Of a stretch of 64,000 bases of DNA, positions 38,485 to 46,682 are shown piece after piece. Under the pieces are notes generated by a model that saw nothing but the letters and a program-made list of their open reading frames with translations, was not told the origin of the DNA and searched no databases. The DNA lies in the NCBI GenBank assembly GCA_964437365.1, contig CAYTGM010000009.1:80444-144443 (forward strand), given 5' to 3'. The stretch's first letter is position 1; each line of letters begins with the position of its first letter. The position numbers were made by a program, and so were the translations under genes. Source of the stretch: an uncultured Candidatus Sumerlaeota bacterium (GTDB lineage: Bacteria; Sumerlaeota; Sumerlaeia; SLMS01).

Positions 38485-40641
38485 ATGCGCATAACTGTAG
38501 CTTACAATCTTAGGACCGAACTGTCGGAAGCTCAGGCTGAGCTTCTGTTGCAGGAAGATGTTGATCGTATTACAGAAGCATTATCCTCCCTGAAGCATCG
38601 TGTCACGGGAGTTGAGGTTTCAGGCAAGCCTGACAGGTTTATCGCCGAGCTTATCGACAGCGAGCCGGATCTTATCTTTAACGTTGCTGAAGGTCATGTG
38701 GGAAGCTCCCGGGAAGCTTTTTATCCTGGTCTATACGAGCAGATCGGTCTCCCATTCACCGGTGGAGACGCCTCTCTTCTCCACATGAACCTCGACAAGA
38801 ACCTGTCCAAGACAATTCTTGCCCAGAGAGGAGTAAGAGTTCCTAAAGGATTTCTGGCTACACGTGCTGACCAACCGCTGCCGGACGACTTGAATTACCC
38901 GGTGATTATCAAACCAAACTCTGAAGGATCTTCGAAAGGTATTACCGCTGACTCTGTTGTGGAAAACGCCGAGGCCTGCAGAAAACATCTGGAGAAAATG
39001 CTTAAGCTATATCCAGCGGGGATGCTGGTTGAAGAATTCATTTCTGGGCGGGAGCTAACGGTTCCTTATCTTGAGTGCTTTCCCGGCCGGTTCATGGAAA
39101 TTGTCGAACATACCTTTGATCTGGGTAAACTCAGCTCCAAATACAATATCTATGATTATGATATGAAGCAGGGTGGAGAGTCTTCTAAAGCTGTTGGCGT
39201 TGAATGCCCGACAAAACTGACAAAAGAGGAAAGAGCAACGGCTTATGAATTGGCACGCCAGGTTTTCGAAGTGATGCCATGCCCTGATTTTGGTCGTGTA
39301 GACATGCGCCTTAACGAAAAAGGGGAAGCTTATTTCATCGAACTGAACCCTCTTCCCAGCTTGCATCCGAATGCTTCTCTGATGACAGCGGGGCGATCCG
39401 CAGGTCTTGACTATAAGGAAATCATGCGCCTGATCATTCGATCCGCCGCCAAGAGGTATAATATTTCTCTCCGTCGACCGAAGAGGGCAGATATTGCCAG
39501 TGTACAGGAGGAGGGGGAAAGACCATCGGCACGGGATATGGGAATTCGTATCGGGCGACTGGACCCAGGAACTAACAATGCCATCACCGATGTCAAAGGG
39601 GTGAAAGTTGGCCATGTAACCATCATCCAGGATGATGTTCAAACGCCTGGTGTTACGGGAACCTCTTCTATTCGTACTGGCGTCACGGCTATTCTTCCTG
39701 CACCAGGCGATGTCTATCACAAGCGCCCTGTTGCGGGGGGCTTTATCCTCAACGGTGTTGGAGAAATGTCAGGGCTGAATCAGGTACTGGAGTGGGGCTT
39801 TCTCGAATCTCCCATCCTCTTAACCAATTCGCATTCCGTTGGTAAGATTCACTCAGGCGTTGTGACACACTACATGAAGCAGTTCCCCGAATTGGGCGCG
39901 AAAACAGATGTCATACTTCCTCTTGTGGGAGAATGCGATGATTCGTTCCTGAATGACGCCCGTATTGGTATATGCAGCTCTACGGACGCAACGAAGGCCA
40001 TACAGGCGGCTAAGGCGGGTCCTGTTGTTCAAGGCTCTGTCGGTGCAGGTACGGGAATGACCACATTCGATTTCAGCGGTGGAATAGGAACCTCGTCGCG
40101 TGTTCTTTCTTTCGACGCGATGACCTACACGGTCGGCGTTCTGGTCCTTTCCAATTTCGGCCGTCTATGCAACCTGACAATAGATGGAAGTGTGGTTGGT
40201 CGTCATCTCGACAACCAGTTTGATATACCTCGTCGTGAGAATAGCCATGGATCTGTTATCGTGGTGATCGCCACAGATGCACCGATGATGAGCAGTCAGC
40301 TGTGCCGACTGTCCAAGCGTGCTGCTCTGGGCCTTGGAAGGACAGGTTCCTTTGCTGCCTCCAGCAGTGGCGAAATCATCGTTGCTTTCAGTACGGCGAA
40401 CCGATTACCTCGGCGACCAGAAAAGCCAAATAAGGTGCTCAGCCTTGACTTTGTTCCAGACCAGATTCTCAATGGATTCTACGAAGCTGTCATTGAAGCG
40501 ACGGAAGAAGCTGTCATCAATGCAATCTTCTGCTCGCACGGCATGACAGGACGTGAAGGCAGACTCAGTCCCGCTATACCTCACGACAAGGTACTCGAAG
40601 CTCTTAACAAGGGAAGGAATATCCATGCTAGTAGTCAATAA
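38485..40641 (+). CDS. Fusion protein: N-terminal ATP-grasp D-Ala-D-Ala-ligase-like domain plus C-terminal DmpA/S58 (P1-type L-aminopeptidase/D-Ala-esterase-amidase) domain
   Basis: N-domain has Ddl-like features (PVIIKPNSEGSSKGI, GRVDMRLNEKGEAYFIELNPLP). C-domain, from ~aa 350, matches DmpA/ArgJ-like N-terminal-nucleophile S58 peptidases (GIRIGRLDPGTNNAITDVKGVKVGH...LLTNSHS...GSVGAGTGMT). Confidence 0.65.
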   Translation: MRITVAYNLRTELSEAQAELLLQEDVDRITEALSSLKHRVTGVEVSGKPDRFIAELIDSEPDLIFNVAEGHVGSSREAFYPGLYEQIGLPFTGGDASLLHMNLDKNLSKTILAQRGVRVPKGFLATRADQPLPDDLNYPVIIKPNSEGSSKGITADSVVENAEACRKHLEKMLKLYPAGMLVEEFISGRELTVPYLECFPGRFMEIVEHTFDLGKLSSKYNIYDYDMKQGGESSKAVGVECPTKLTKEERATAYELARQVFEVMPCPDFGRVDMRLNEKGEAYFIELNPLPSLHPNASLMTAGRSAGLDYKEIMRLIIRSAAKRYNISLRRPKRADIASVQEEGERPSARDMGIRIGRLDPGTNNAITDVKGVKVGHVTIIQDDVQTPGVTGTSSIRTGVTAILPAPGDVYHKRPVAGGFILNGVGEMSGLNQVLEWGFLESPILLTNSHSVGKIHSGVVTHYMKQFPELGAKTDVILPLVGECDDSFLNDARIGICSSTDATKAIQAAKAGPVVQGSVGAGTGMTTFDFSGGIGTSSRVLSFDAMTYTVGVLVLSNFGRLCNLTIDGSVVGRHLDNQFDIPRRENSHGSVIVVIATDAPMMSSQLCRLSKRAALGLGRTGSFAASSSGEIIVAFSTANRLPRRPEKPNKVLSLDFVPDQILNGFYEAVIEATEEAVINAIFCSHGMTGREGRLSPAIPHDKVLEALNKGRNIHASSQ

Positions 40642-41641
40642 TCCACATTATGCTCTTCACGTAGCCAGGTGGGAATTCCATCTTGGAACGGAGGTTTACT
40701 CGACGAAAGACGTACCTCAAAGGCCAGAGCTGATCAAAGAGGCGCTGGAGAAAGACGGTTCATATACATTTGTCGATGCTGAAGAGTTTTCAGCTGATAG
40801 ATTGAAGGAGATCCACAGCTATCACGACTACATTGCAGACGTCTGTAAGGGAATCGAGAACCCGGAAGAAGAGATCTATCCAGATCTTTTTCCTGGCGAA
40901 GGAGCTGGGTTTAAGCGGCGTCATCATCCTCTCTGGATGGGTCTTGTATGTACAGATTCGGTTACGCCATTAAGGCAGAATACATATAAAGCGGCAAAGG
41001 GGTCAGCAGACGCGGCCCAGACAGCAGCGAAGTATGTTCGAGAAGGAAAAGAAAAGGCTGTCTATGCTCTTTGCAGGCCATCAGGTCACCATGCCGGAAA
41101 ACGCAAATTTGGAGGGTATTGTTACTTCAATAACGCCTCACATGCAGCGCTTGAGCTTCGAGAAACTTTCAAGAAAGTTGCCATTCTTGATATCGACTTC
41201 CACCACGGAAACGGAACTCAGGAAATCTTCTATGATCGCGACGATGTGTTTGTAGCCTCCATACATTGCGACCCCGATATCGAGTACCCCTACTATACGG
41301 GCTATGTAGAGGAACGAGGTGAAGGAAAAGGCGAAGGGGCGACCTTGAATCTGCCGCTCCCTAAAAACACGGACAAGGCCGTTTACCTTAAAGCTGTCGA
41401 AGACTTCAAGAGCGCTGCGTCGATCTATGGTGTTGATGCCCTTGTGATTGCAGCTGGCTGGGATACCCATGGTGAAGACCCGGTGGGAGGATTCACGTTA
41501 ATTACACCTGACTATATAGAGATCGGGAAGTCTCTGGCAGAGCTCAATATTCCAACGGTGATCGTTCAGGAAGGTGGATATAACTTGAGGGTTTTATCCG
41601 ACTCTGCGCTTTCTTTCTTGAAAGGCTTCAGATCTGTTTAG
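40625..41641 (+). CDS. Histone-deacetylase-family amidohydrolase (acetoin-utilisation AcuC/acetylpolyamine amidohydrolase-like). Its start overlaps the upstream stop by 17 nt.
   Basis: HDAC zinc-site motifs RPSGHHA, DIDFHHGNGTQ and EGGYN. ATG at 40625 is preceded by AAGGGAAGGAAT. Confidence 0.75.
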   Translation: MLVVNNPHYALHVARWEFHLGTEVYSTKDVPQRPELIKEALEKDGSYTFVDAEEFSADRLKEIHSYHDYIADVCKGIENPEEEIYPDLFPGEGAGFKRRHHPLWMGLVCTDSVTPLRQNTYKAAKGSADAAQTAAKYVREGKEKAVYALCRPSGHHAGKRKFGGYCYFNNASHAALELRETFKKVAILDIDFHHGNGTQEIFYDRDDVFVASIHCDPDIEYPYYTGYVEERGEGKGEGATLNLPLPKNTDKAVYLKAVEDFKSAASIYGVDALVIAAGWDTHGEDPVGGFTLITPDYIEIGKSLAELNIPTVIVQEGGYNLRVLSDSALSFLKGFRSV

Positions 41642-41812
41642 ATTGGCTGCCAAAAGTAATATCCGAATAGAAGGTAAGTGAGAGTGGCGCTTTCAGTATT
41701 CTGAGAACAGAGGAATAGTGGTGTTATTTCGAGGCTTACAGGATGCTGAAGGGAGTGCTCGCAGCCAACTATACATTGTACAGTGATTTTGGCAGACACT
41801 CTCGTTTTTTCT

Positions 41813-43516
41813 CTACTGGTCAGTGGCGGGTTTCAGCCCCCAGGTTTTTCGCCACTCCTCGTCACTGACCCCAATCTTTATTTCAGTAATTTCCTGGCTC
41901 TCTCCGCTCTTCCTTCTTTCATACACCATAAAACCCAGTGCTGGATGAAAACTTGTCAGAAGGGTCGTCGGAGTATAGTTGTCCTGAATTTCTTTTAGCT
42001 GGAAGACTCTTCTAACACTGGCGACATTTGGCTGTAACCGGTAGGATTTTGGCCAATAGGTATCATCAAGGCATGTCTCAACAACCAGATAATCAGGAGA
42101 CCTTTCGAGTATATATTCCACTGACAGCCCATTGTGAGCGATATGGGAATCCATAAGACCCAGCAGATCCATGATGCGCTGATCGGGGTCTGTATAGAAG
42201 GCCCACTGCCCTAGCTGATCTCCCGCTATCAATGTATCTTTTGGAAGCTTCTCCGAGACCCACCTGCCGGCCTCTGCATTAAGATAAATTGGGTCGGAAT
42301 TATACCATTTTATTCGCTCCACTATGTCCCAGGTGTGTTTTTGAAATAACCTTGGCAGAATACGGGATTCTGGTGCATCCATGTTGCCAACTAAATATTG
42401 AGGCAGCACAGAGGTGGATCGAATCTGAACAGGCACCAGAAGAAGAAGGAATAAGCCGGGAAGCATCAGGACCTTAGACTGGGGTTGATGGGAATACTCA
42501 GCTTCCAGGTAGCGTGCAATTGCGACGAGCAATAACCAGCAGCCGATGACAACTGCAGGAAACAGAGGAGCGATATAGCGAAAAGCAATGTTCAGAAGCT
42601 GTCCCGCTTGAAGCTGAAAGAAGAAAGAGGCAATATATATCCCGATGACGCCGGCAGCCAAAGGTCGATATGTATCTATACGAAGGGCTAGAAAGGCACC
42701 TAAAAGTCCAAACAAGGGCAAAGCACCATTCGTAAGGACAAAGGCTACGATTGAATGCATGCCGCCACCCGAAGGGGTTTTGGCAATCATTGTATTCGGT
42801 ACTAACTCTCCGTAGTAGTAGAAGCGAAAACAAACCTGCACGAGAAAGGTCAACATGGCTGGAAGAAACACGATGAGGAACTCAACGACCTGCTTCATTT
42901 CAACGATGATCTCATTGGACCGTTTGATACGGGCAATCCAGCAGGGCGAGAGCGCGATTAGAAAGAGCAGTCCTTCTGGTCGTGTGATCGTCACGATTGC
43001 AAGAAGAATCCCCGGCAAGACACGGAGGCCTTTCAACGTATATAACAGCAGTGCTGAGCTGATCAGCGAAGCATAAAGAACCGTTTCGAGACCGCGGTCG
43101 TCATGATAATGAAGGAAGGGTTCCAGTGCCAGGGCGAGAGGAAGCCACCAGTTGAGCCAGCGAGCACGTTTCTCTGTTTTCGACGTTTCGGTGCAGTACC
43201 AGGCTGTAAAGACCAGGAGTATGAAGGAGAGCGAGGATATTGCTCTGCCTGCTGTATGTAACTTAACCCCCAACAATTCAAAAGGTGCGATCATAAGAAC
43301 CCATGCAAGGTTGGAGTAACCCTCCACATACTCGGCCCTGTTGTAGACAAGTCCCCAACCATTTGCGAAATTTCTGGCATAGCGATAAGAGATAAAAGCA
43401 TCCTCTCCCAGATGATTATAGGTCACCAGACAAAGCAGCGCCAGAACTGGGAGAAGAAGAGCTATATAGACATAAGAAGCAACAGTAGGACTGTTTGTAG
43501 TCTGATTCGGATTCAT
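41813..43516 (-). CDS. Polytopic membrane protein, putative GT-C-type glycosyltransferase with C-terminal periplasmic domain
   Basis: N-terminal EDAFISYRYARNFANGWG loop motif followed by ~11 TM helices and a ~200-aa soluble C-terminal domain. Start overlaps (ATGA) the upstream deacetylase gene. Confidence 0.5.
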   Translation of the reverse strand: MNPNQTTNSPTVASYVYIALLLPVLALLCLVTYNHLGEDAFISYRYARNFANGWGLVYNRAEYVEGYSNLAWVLMIAPFELLGVKLHTAGRAISSLSFILLVFTAWYCTETSKTEKRARWLNWWLPLALALEPFLHYHDDRGLETVLYASLISSALLLYTLKGLRVLPGILLAIVTITRPEGLLFLIALSPCWIARIKRSNEIIVEMKQVVEFLIVFLPAMLTFLVQVCFRFYYYGELVPNTMIAKTPSGGGMHSIVAFVLTNGALPLFGLLGAFLALRIDTYRPLAAGVIGIYIASFFFQLQAGQLLNIAFRYIAPLFPAVVIGCWLLLVAIARYLEAEYSHQPQSKVLMLPGLFLLLLVPVQIRSTSVLPQYLVGNMDAPESRILPRLFQKHTWDIVERIKWYNSDPIYLNAEAGRWVSEKLPKDTLIAGDQLGQWAFYTDPDQRIMDLLGLMDSHIAHNGLSVEYILERSPDYLVVETCLDDTYWPKSYRLQPNVASVRRVFQLKEIQDNYTPTTLLTSFHPALGFMVYERRKSGESQEITEIKIGVSDEEWRKTWGLKPATDQ

Positions 43517-44523
43517 AGGCTTCTCTGAATAAAGTCCTCTGCGAAATCTCTTGTCAATTTCACGTCGAAAGCTGCTGAAAACTCTTCGATGATTTGTTTG
43601 ATTTTCTTCAACTTCCTCTTGGCTGAAAGGTTGAACCCGCCAAGTGAGGAGGTGCGGTTATCGAAGACAACTGGGTTTCGGCAGTCCACGGCATCAATCG
43701 CATGAAAAAGAATCGTCACTGGGCGGTTTCTTCGCGCCATTTTCTGAAAGAGATTCCTCAATGAATTTCTATCACGGGAAAGCAGGACGGCGCCGGTAAG
43801 TGGCAGGCGGATATGAGGGATGACTCCAACGGGTATTTCCAGAATACCTGCGTCTTCGAAGAAGTCGGCGGGTTTGCGTATTTTGTGCTTTCTTGGAAAG
43901 TATGGCTGACGCGGCGCCCTTGCATAAGAGACTCTTCCAAATTGCCTTTTCTTCAAATCATAACTTCTGGACATCCAGCCATCAATGAGGCGGAAAGCGG
44001 GCCCCCAGTAGGTGGGAAGAATCGAGGCATCATATCGATAACCAACCTGTCTGACAGCGCGAAGAATCCTGGCGTCGATGTCATATCCAGGCGAGCGGAA
44101 CCCGACTGGTGCATAACCGAGTGTTTCAATCTTCTGGTGTGCCTTGCGAATTTCATTCAGTATATAACCATAGGGCTTCCCGGTCAGGCCAATATGGTGA
44201 GACCAGCTGTGATTAGCGAGTTCAAACTTGTGGTATATGAGTTTTCTCGCCTCTCGCCGTTTTGTATCAAGAGTCAGGTCTCTTCCAACGATAAAGAATG
44301 ATGCTGGTAAACCAGCCTGGAGAAAGAGATCTTTAAGTCCGATGACTCCTTCAGTCCAACAGGGGTCATTCTTGAAAGTATCCTTCTCTGAAACTCCATA
44401 GCATCGCCGCACAGCCCAAAGACCATCCACGTCGACTTGCAGGAGACCTGTCGGTTTATTCTGACGGATATTCATTAGCGTCGGATATTGAAGCTGTCGA
44501 ACTCGGGCTTCTTTTTCTCCCAT
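43513..44523 (-). CDS. Polysaccharide deacetylase (NodB/CE4 family)
   Basis: Histidine-rich catalytic motif ANHSWSHH and Asp motif region VDVDGLWA. Length 336 aa. Confidence 0.7.
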   Translation of the reverse strand: MGEKEARVRQLQYPTLMNIRQNKPTGLLQVDVDGLWAVRRCYGVSEKDTFKNDPCWTEGVIGLKDLFLQAGLPASFFIVGRDLTLDTKRREARKLIYHKFELANHSWSHHIGLTGKPYGYILNEIRKAHQKIETLGYAPVGFRSPGYDIDARILRAVRQVGYRYDASILPTYWGPAFRLIDGWMSRSYDLKKRQFGRVSYARAPRQPYFPRKHKIRKPADFFEDAGILEIPVGVIPHIRLPLTGAVLLSRDRNSLRNLFQKMARRNRPVTILFHAIDAVDCRNPVVFDNRTSSLGGFNLSAKRKLKKIKQIIEEFSAAFDVKLTRDFAEDFIQRSL

Positions 44524-44768
44524 TCGATATCTATATCTTCAACATATCCGAGGATTGGCCCCCGGTGAAGATCTGTCAACAGTTCGGTCAATTTTAATTC
44601 CTCACCTTCTGCATAGACCTCCACAGTACCGTCTTTCAGATTTCTTACCCATCCGGTTAGATGATAGCGTCTTGCAGACTCCATTGCATAGACACGGTAG
44701 CCCACGCCCTGGACACGTCCGTGTACTACAGCATGAAAAGTATGGGGAGTCTTGCTTTCAGGAGTCAT
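44475..44768 (-). CDS. acyP: Acylphosphatase (an alternative start at 44786 would overlap the regulator gene)
   Basis: VHGRVQGVGYR and GWVRNLKDGTVEV signature motifs. About 97 aa. Confidence 0.7.
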   Translation of the reverse strand: MTPESKTPHTFHAVVHGRVQGVGYRVYAMESARRYHLTGWVRNLKDGTVEVYAEGEELKLTELLTDLHRGPILGYVEDIDIEWEKKKPEFDSFNIRR

Positions 44769-46185
44769 CGTTATCCGAACCTGCATCCGGCCTGTACTTC
44801 TGATTTACCTGGTCTTCCAGATTGTACTTTCTAAGCCGATACCCGAGGGTACGTCGGGTAACATTCAAGAGCCTTGCTGCTCGAGTTCTGTTCCCACCCG
44901 TTTTATCCAGTGCTTGAAGGATACACTGCTTTTCAATTTCTTCCAGGGAAGCTTCCCCGAGAATTTCCCCCACGGGGGCACCGGAAGAGGATCCTGTCGA
45001 TTTCTGACTCTGTATAGAAGGAGGGAGGTGTTCAATTTCGATTCTTCCAGAATCTGAAAGAACGATTGCATGTTCAACTGCGTTCTCAAGCTCCCGTATA
45101 TTTCCCGGCCAGTTGTAGGAGAGTAGTGCAGTTCGAGCCCGTTCCGTTAGAGTATATTGCTCATCAGATTCTGTAAACTTGCCGATGAAGTGATGGATCA
45201 GCTGGTCGAGGTCTTCACGTCTCTCTCTAAGAGGTGGCAGGACAAGTGGAACAACGTTAAGCCTGTAATAAAGATCCTGCCTGAAGCTTCCCTGATCAAT
45301 CATTTGCTCGAGATCTCGATTCGTTGCAGCAATGATGCGTACATCGGTCTTTAAGGGCTGTGAGGATCCGACGCGATTCACTTCACCCTGCTGTATGACA
45401 CGCAGCAGTTTAACTTGAAGTGCGGGGCTGACTTCCCCGATCTCGTCGAGAAGGATGGTCCCCCCGTTCGCTGTCATGAAATGGCCGTCGCGATCTGCGA
45501 TCGCCCCGGTAAAGCTCCCCTTCGTATGGCCGAAGAGCTCACTTTCCAGGAGAGTCTCAGGGAGAGCACCACAATTGATTTTCACAAATGGTGCTGTGGC
45601 TCGTTTACTCTTGTGCTGTATAAAGTCCGCAAGGACCTCTTTACCCGTTCCGCTTTCGCCACGGAGAAGCACCGATGCATCTGTCCGAGCCACCTTGAGG
45701 GCCTTATTGTATAGATCTTGCATCGTTGCACTTTGACAGAGAACTGTTTCTGGAAGCGGTTCAGGAGGTTTTGTTTTCTTTCGGACACGGGCAGGAGGAT
45801 CGCTTGCAATTTCTTTGCTTTCTCCGGTCAGGAGGTTCGCGAGAAGGGGCTTCAGATCTTTTTCTGCGCTCACTGGCTTAGTGAGATAGTCCACAGCGCC
45901 TCGCTTGAGCGCTTCTTTCACGGTATCAACACTGGCGTAGGCAGTCATCAATATAACATCGAGCCCAGGGTCTATACGTTTGACCCGATCGAGAACCTCA
46001 AGACCATCGAGCCCCGGCATTCTCAAGTCTGTCAGAAGGACGTCGAAATCCCCTGCTTTCAGCTGATGAATGGCCTGGGAGGAATCGGTGAAACCCGAGG
46101 CCTCATAGCCGGACCTCTCGAGTGATTTGACGAGCAGAGAGACCATTTTCTCTTCGTCATCGAGAACGAGGATTTTTCCGCTCAT
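44758..46185 (-). CDS. Sigma-54-dependent response regulator, NtrC family (REC plus AAA+ plus HTH)
   Basis: Receiver-domain phospho-Asp context (DVLLTDLRMPGLDG). Has the sigma-54 AAA+ motifs GESGTGKE, GAFTGA-like (GSFTGA) and ESELFGH, and a C-terminal Fis-type HTH. The ATG at 46183-46185 has an AAGGAAGGG RBS. Confidence 0.85.
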   Translation of the reverse strand: MSGKILVLDDEEKMVSLLVKSLERSGYEASGFTDSSQAIHQLKAGDFDVLLTDLRMPGLDGLEVLDRVKRIDPGLDVILMTAYASVDTVKEALKRGAVDYLTKPVSAEKDLKPLLANLLTGESKEIASDPPARVRKKTKPPEPLPETVLCQSATMQDLYNKALKVARTDASVLLRGESGTGKEVLADFIQHKSKRATAPFVKINCGALPETLLESELFGHTKGSFTGAIADRDGHFMTANGGTILLDEIGEVSPALQVKLLRVIQQGEVNRVGSSQPLKTDVRIIAATNRDLEQMIDQGSFRQDLYYRLNVVPLVLPPLRERREDLDQLIHHFIGKFTESDEQYTLTERARTALLSYNWPGNIRELENAVEHAIVLSDSGRIEIEHLPPSIQSQKSTGSSSGAPVGEILGEASLEEIEKQCILQALDKTGGNRTRAARLLNVTRRTLGYRLRKYNLEDQVNQKYRPDAGSDNDDS

Positions 46186-46190
46186 CGGCG

Positions 46191-46682
46191 CTACCCTTCC
46201 TTTGAGGAGTTTCCCTGCTTGCTGGATTTCTGACAACGATAACGTCGGAAAGTTTGCTGTAACAGCTCAGCGCATTCTTCTGCCAGAACGCCGCGAACAA
46301 CATCAAGGCTATGATTCATCTTTTCGTTCTGCAGAATATTCAGCTCAAGAGACTCGACGCCCCAGCGGGGGTTACTGGCCCCATAGACCACTCTTTTTAC
46401 ACGACTGTGCACGATGGCTCCTGCACACATGGCACAGGGCTCTAGAGTAACATAAAGAACGGAGCCCTCCAGGCGCCAGTCGCCGTAGGCCGATGCACCC
46501 TGTCTCAGGGCGAGTATTTCTGCATGGGCTGTAGGATCATGGAACAACTCTTTCCCATCGTGACTGGATGCGATCAATTTGTTTTCATGGATAAGAACAG
46601 CACCGATTGGGACCTCGCCACGTTGAGCTGAGAGCCTGGCACAAGCAAGCGCCTTTCTCATCCAGAATTCATCGGACTTCAT
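46191..46682 (-). CDS. tadA: tRNA-specific adenosine deaminase
   Basis: CDA zinc motifs HAEILAL and TLEPCAMCAGA. Confidence 0.85.
   Translation of the reverse strand: MKSDEFWMRKALACARLSAQRGEVPIGAVLIHENKLIASSHDGKELFHDPTAHAEILALRQGASAYGDWRLEGSVLYVTLEPCAMCAGAIVHSRVKRVVYGASNPRWGVESLELNILQNEKMNHSLDVVRGVLAEECAELLQQTFRRYRCQKSSKQGNSSKEG

Noticed and set aside
40553-40624. Upstream extension of the HDAC-like ORF (MKADSVPLYL...) overlapping the fusion gene by 89 nt
   Set aside because: The ATG at 40625 is preceded by a good Shine-Dalgarno (AAGGGAAGGAAT), and the homologous HDAC N-terminus begins there. The longer version would overlap the conserved C-terminus of the upstream protein in another frame.
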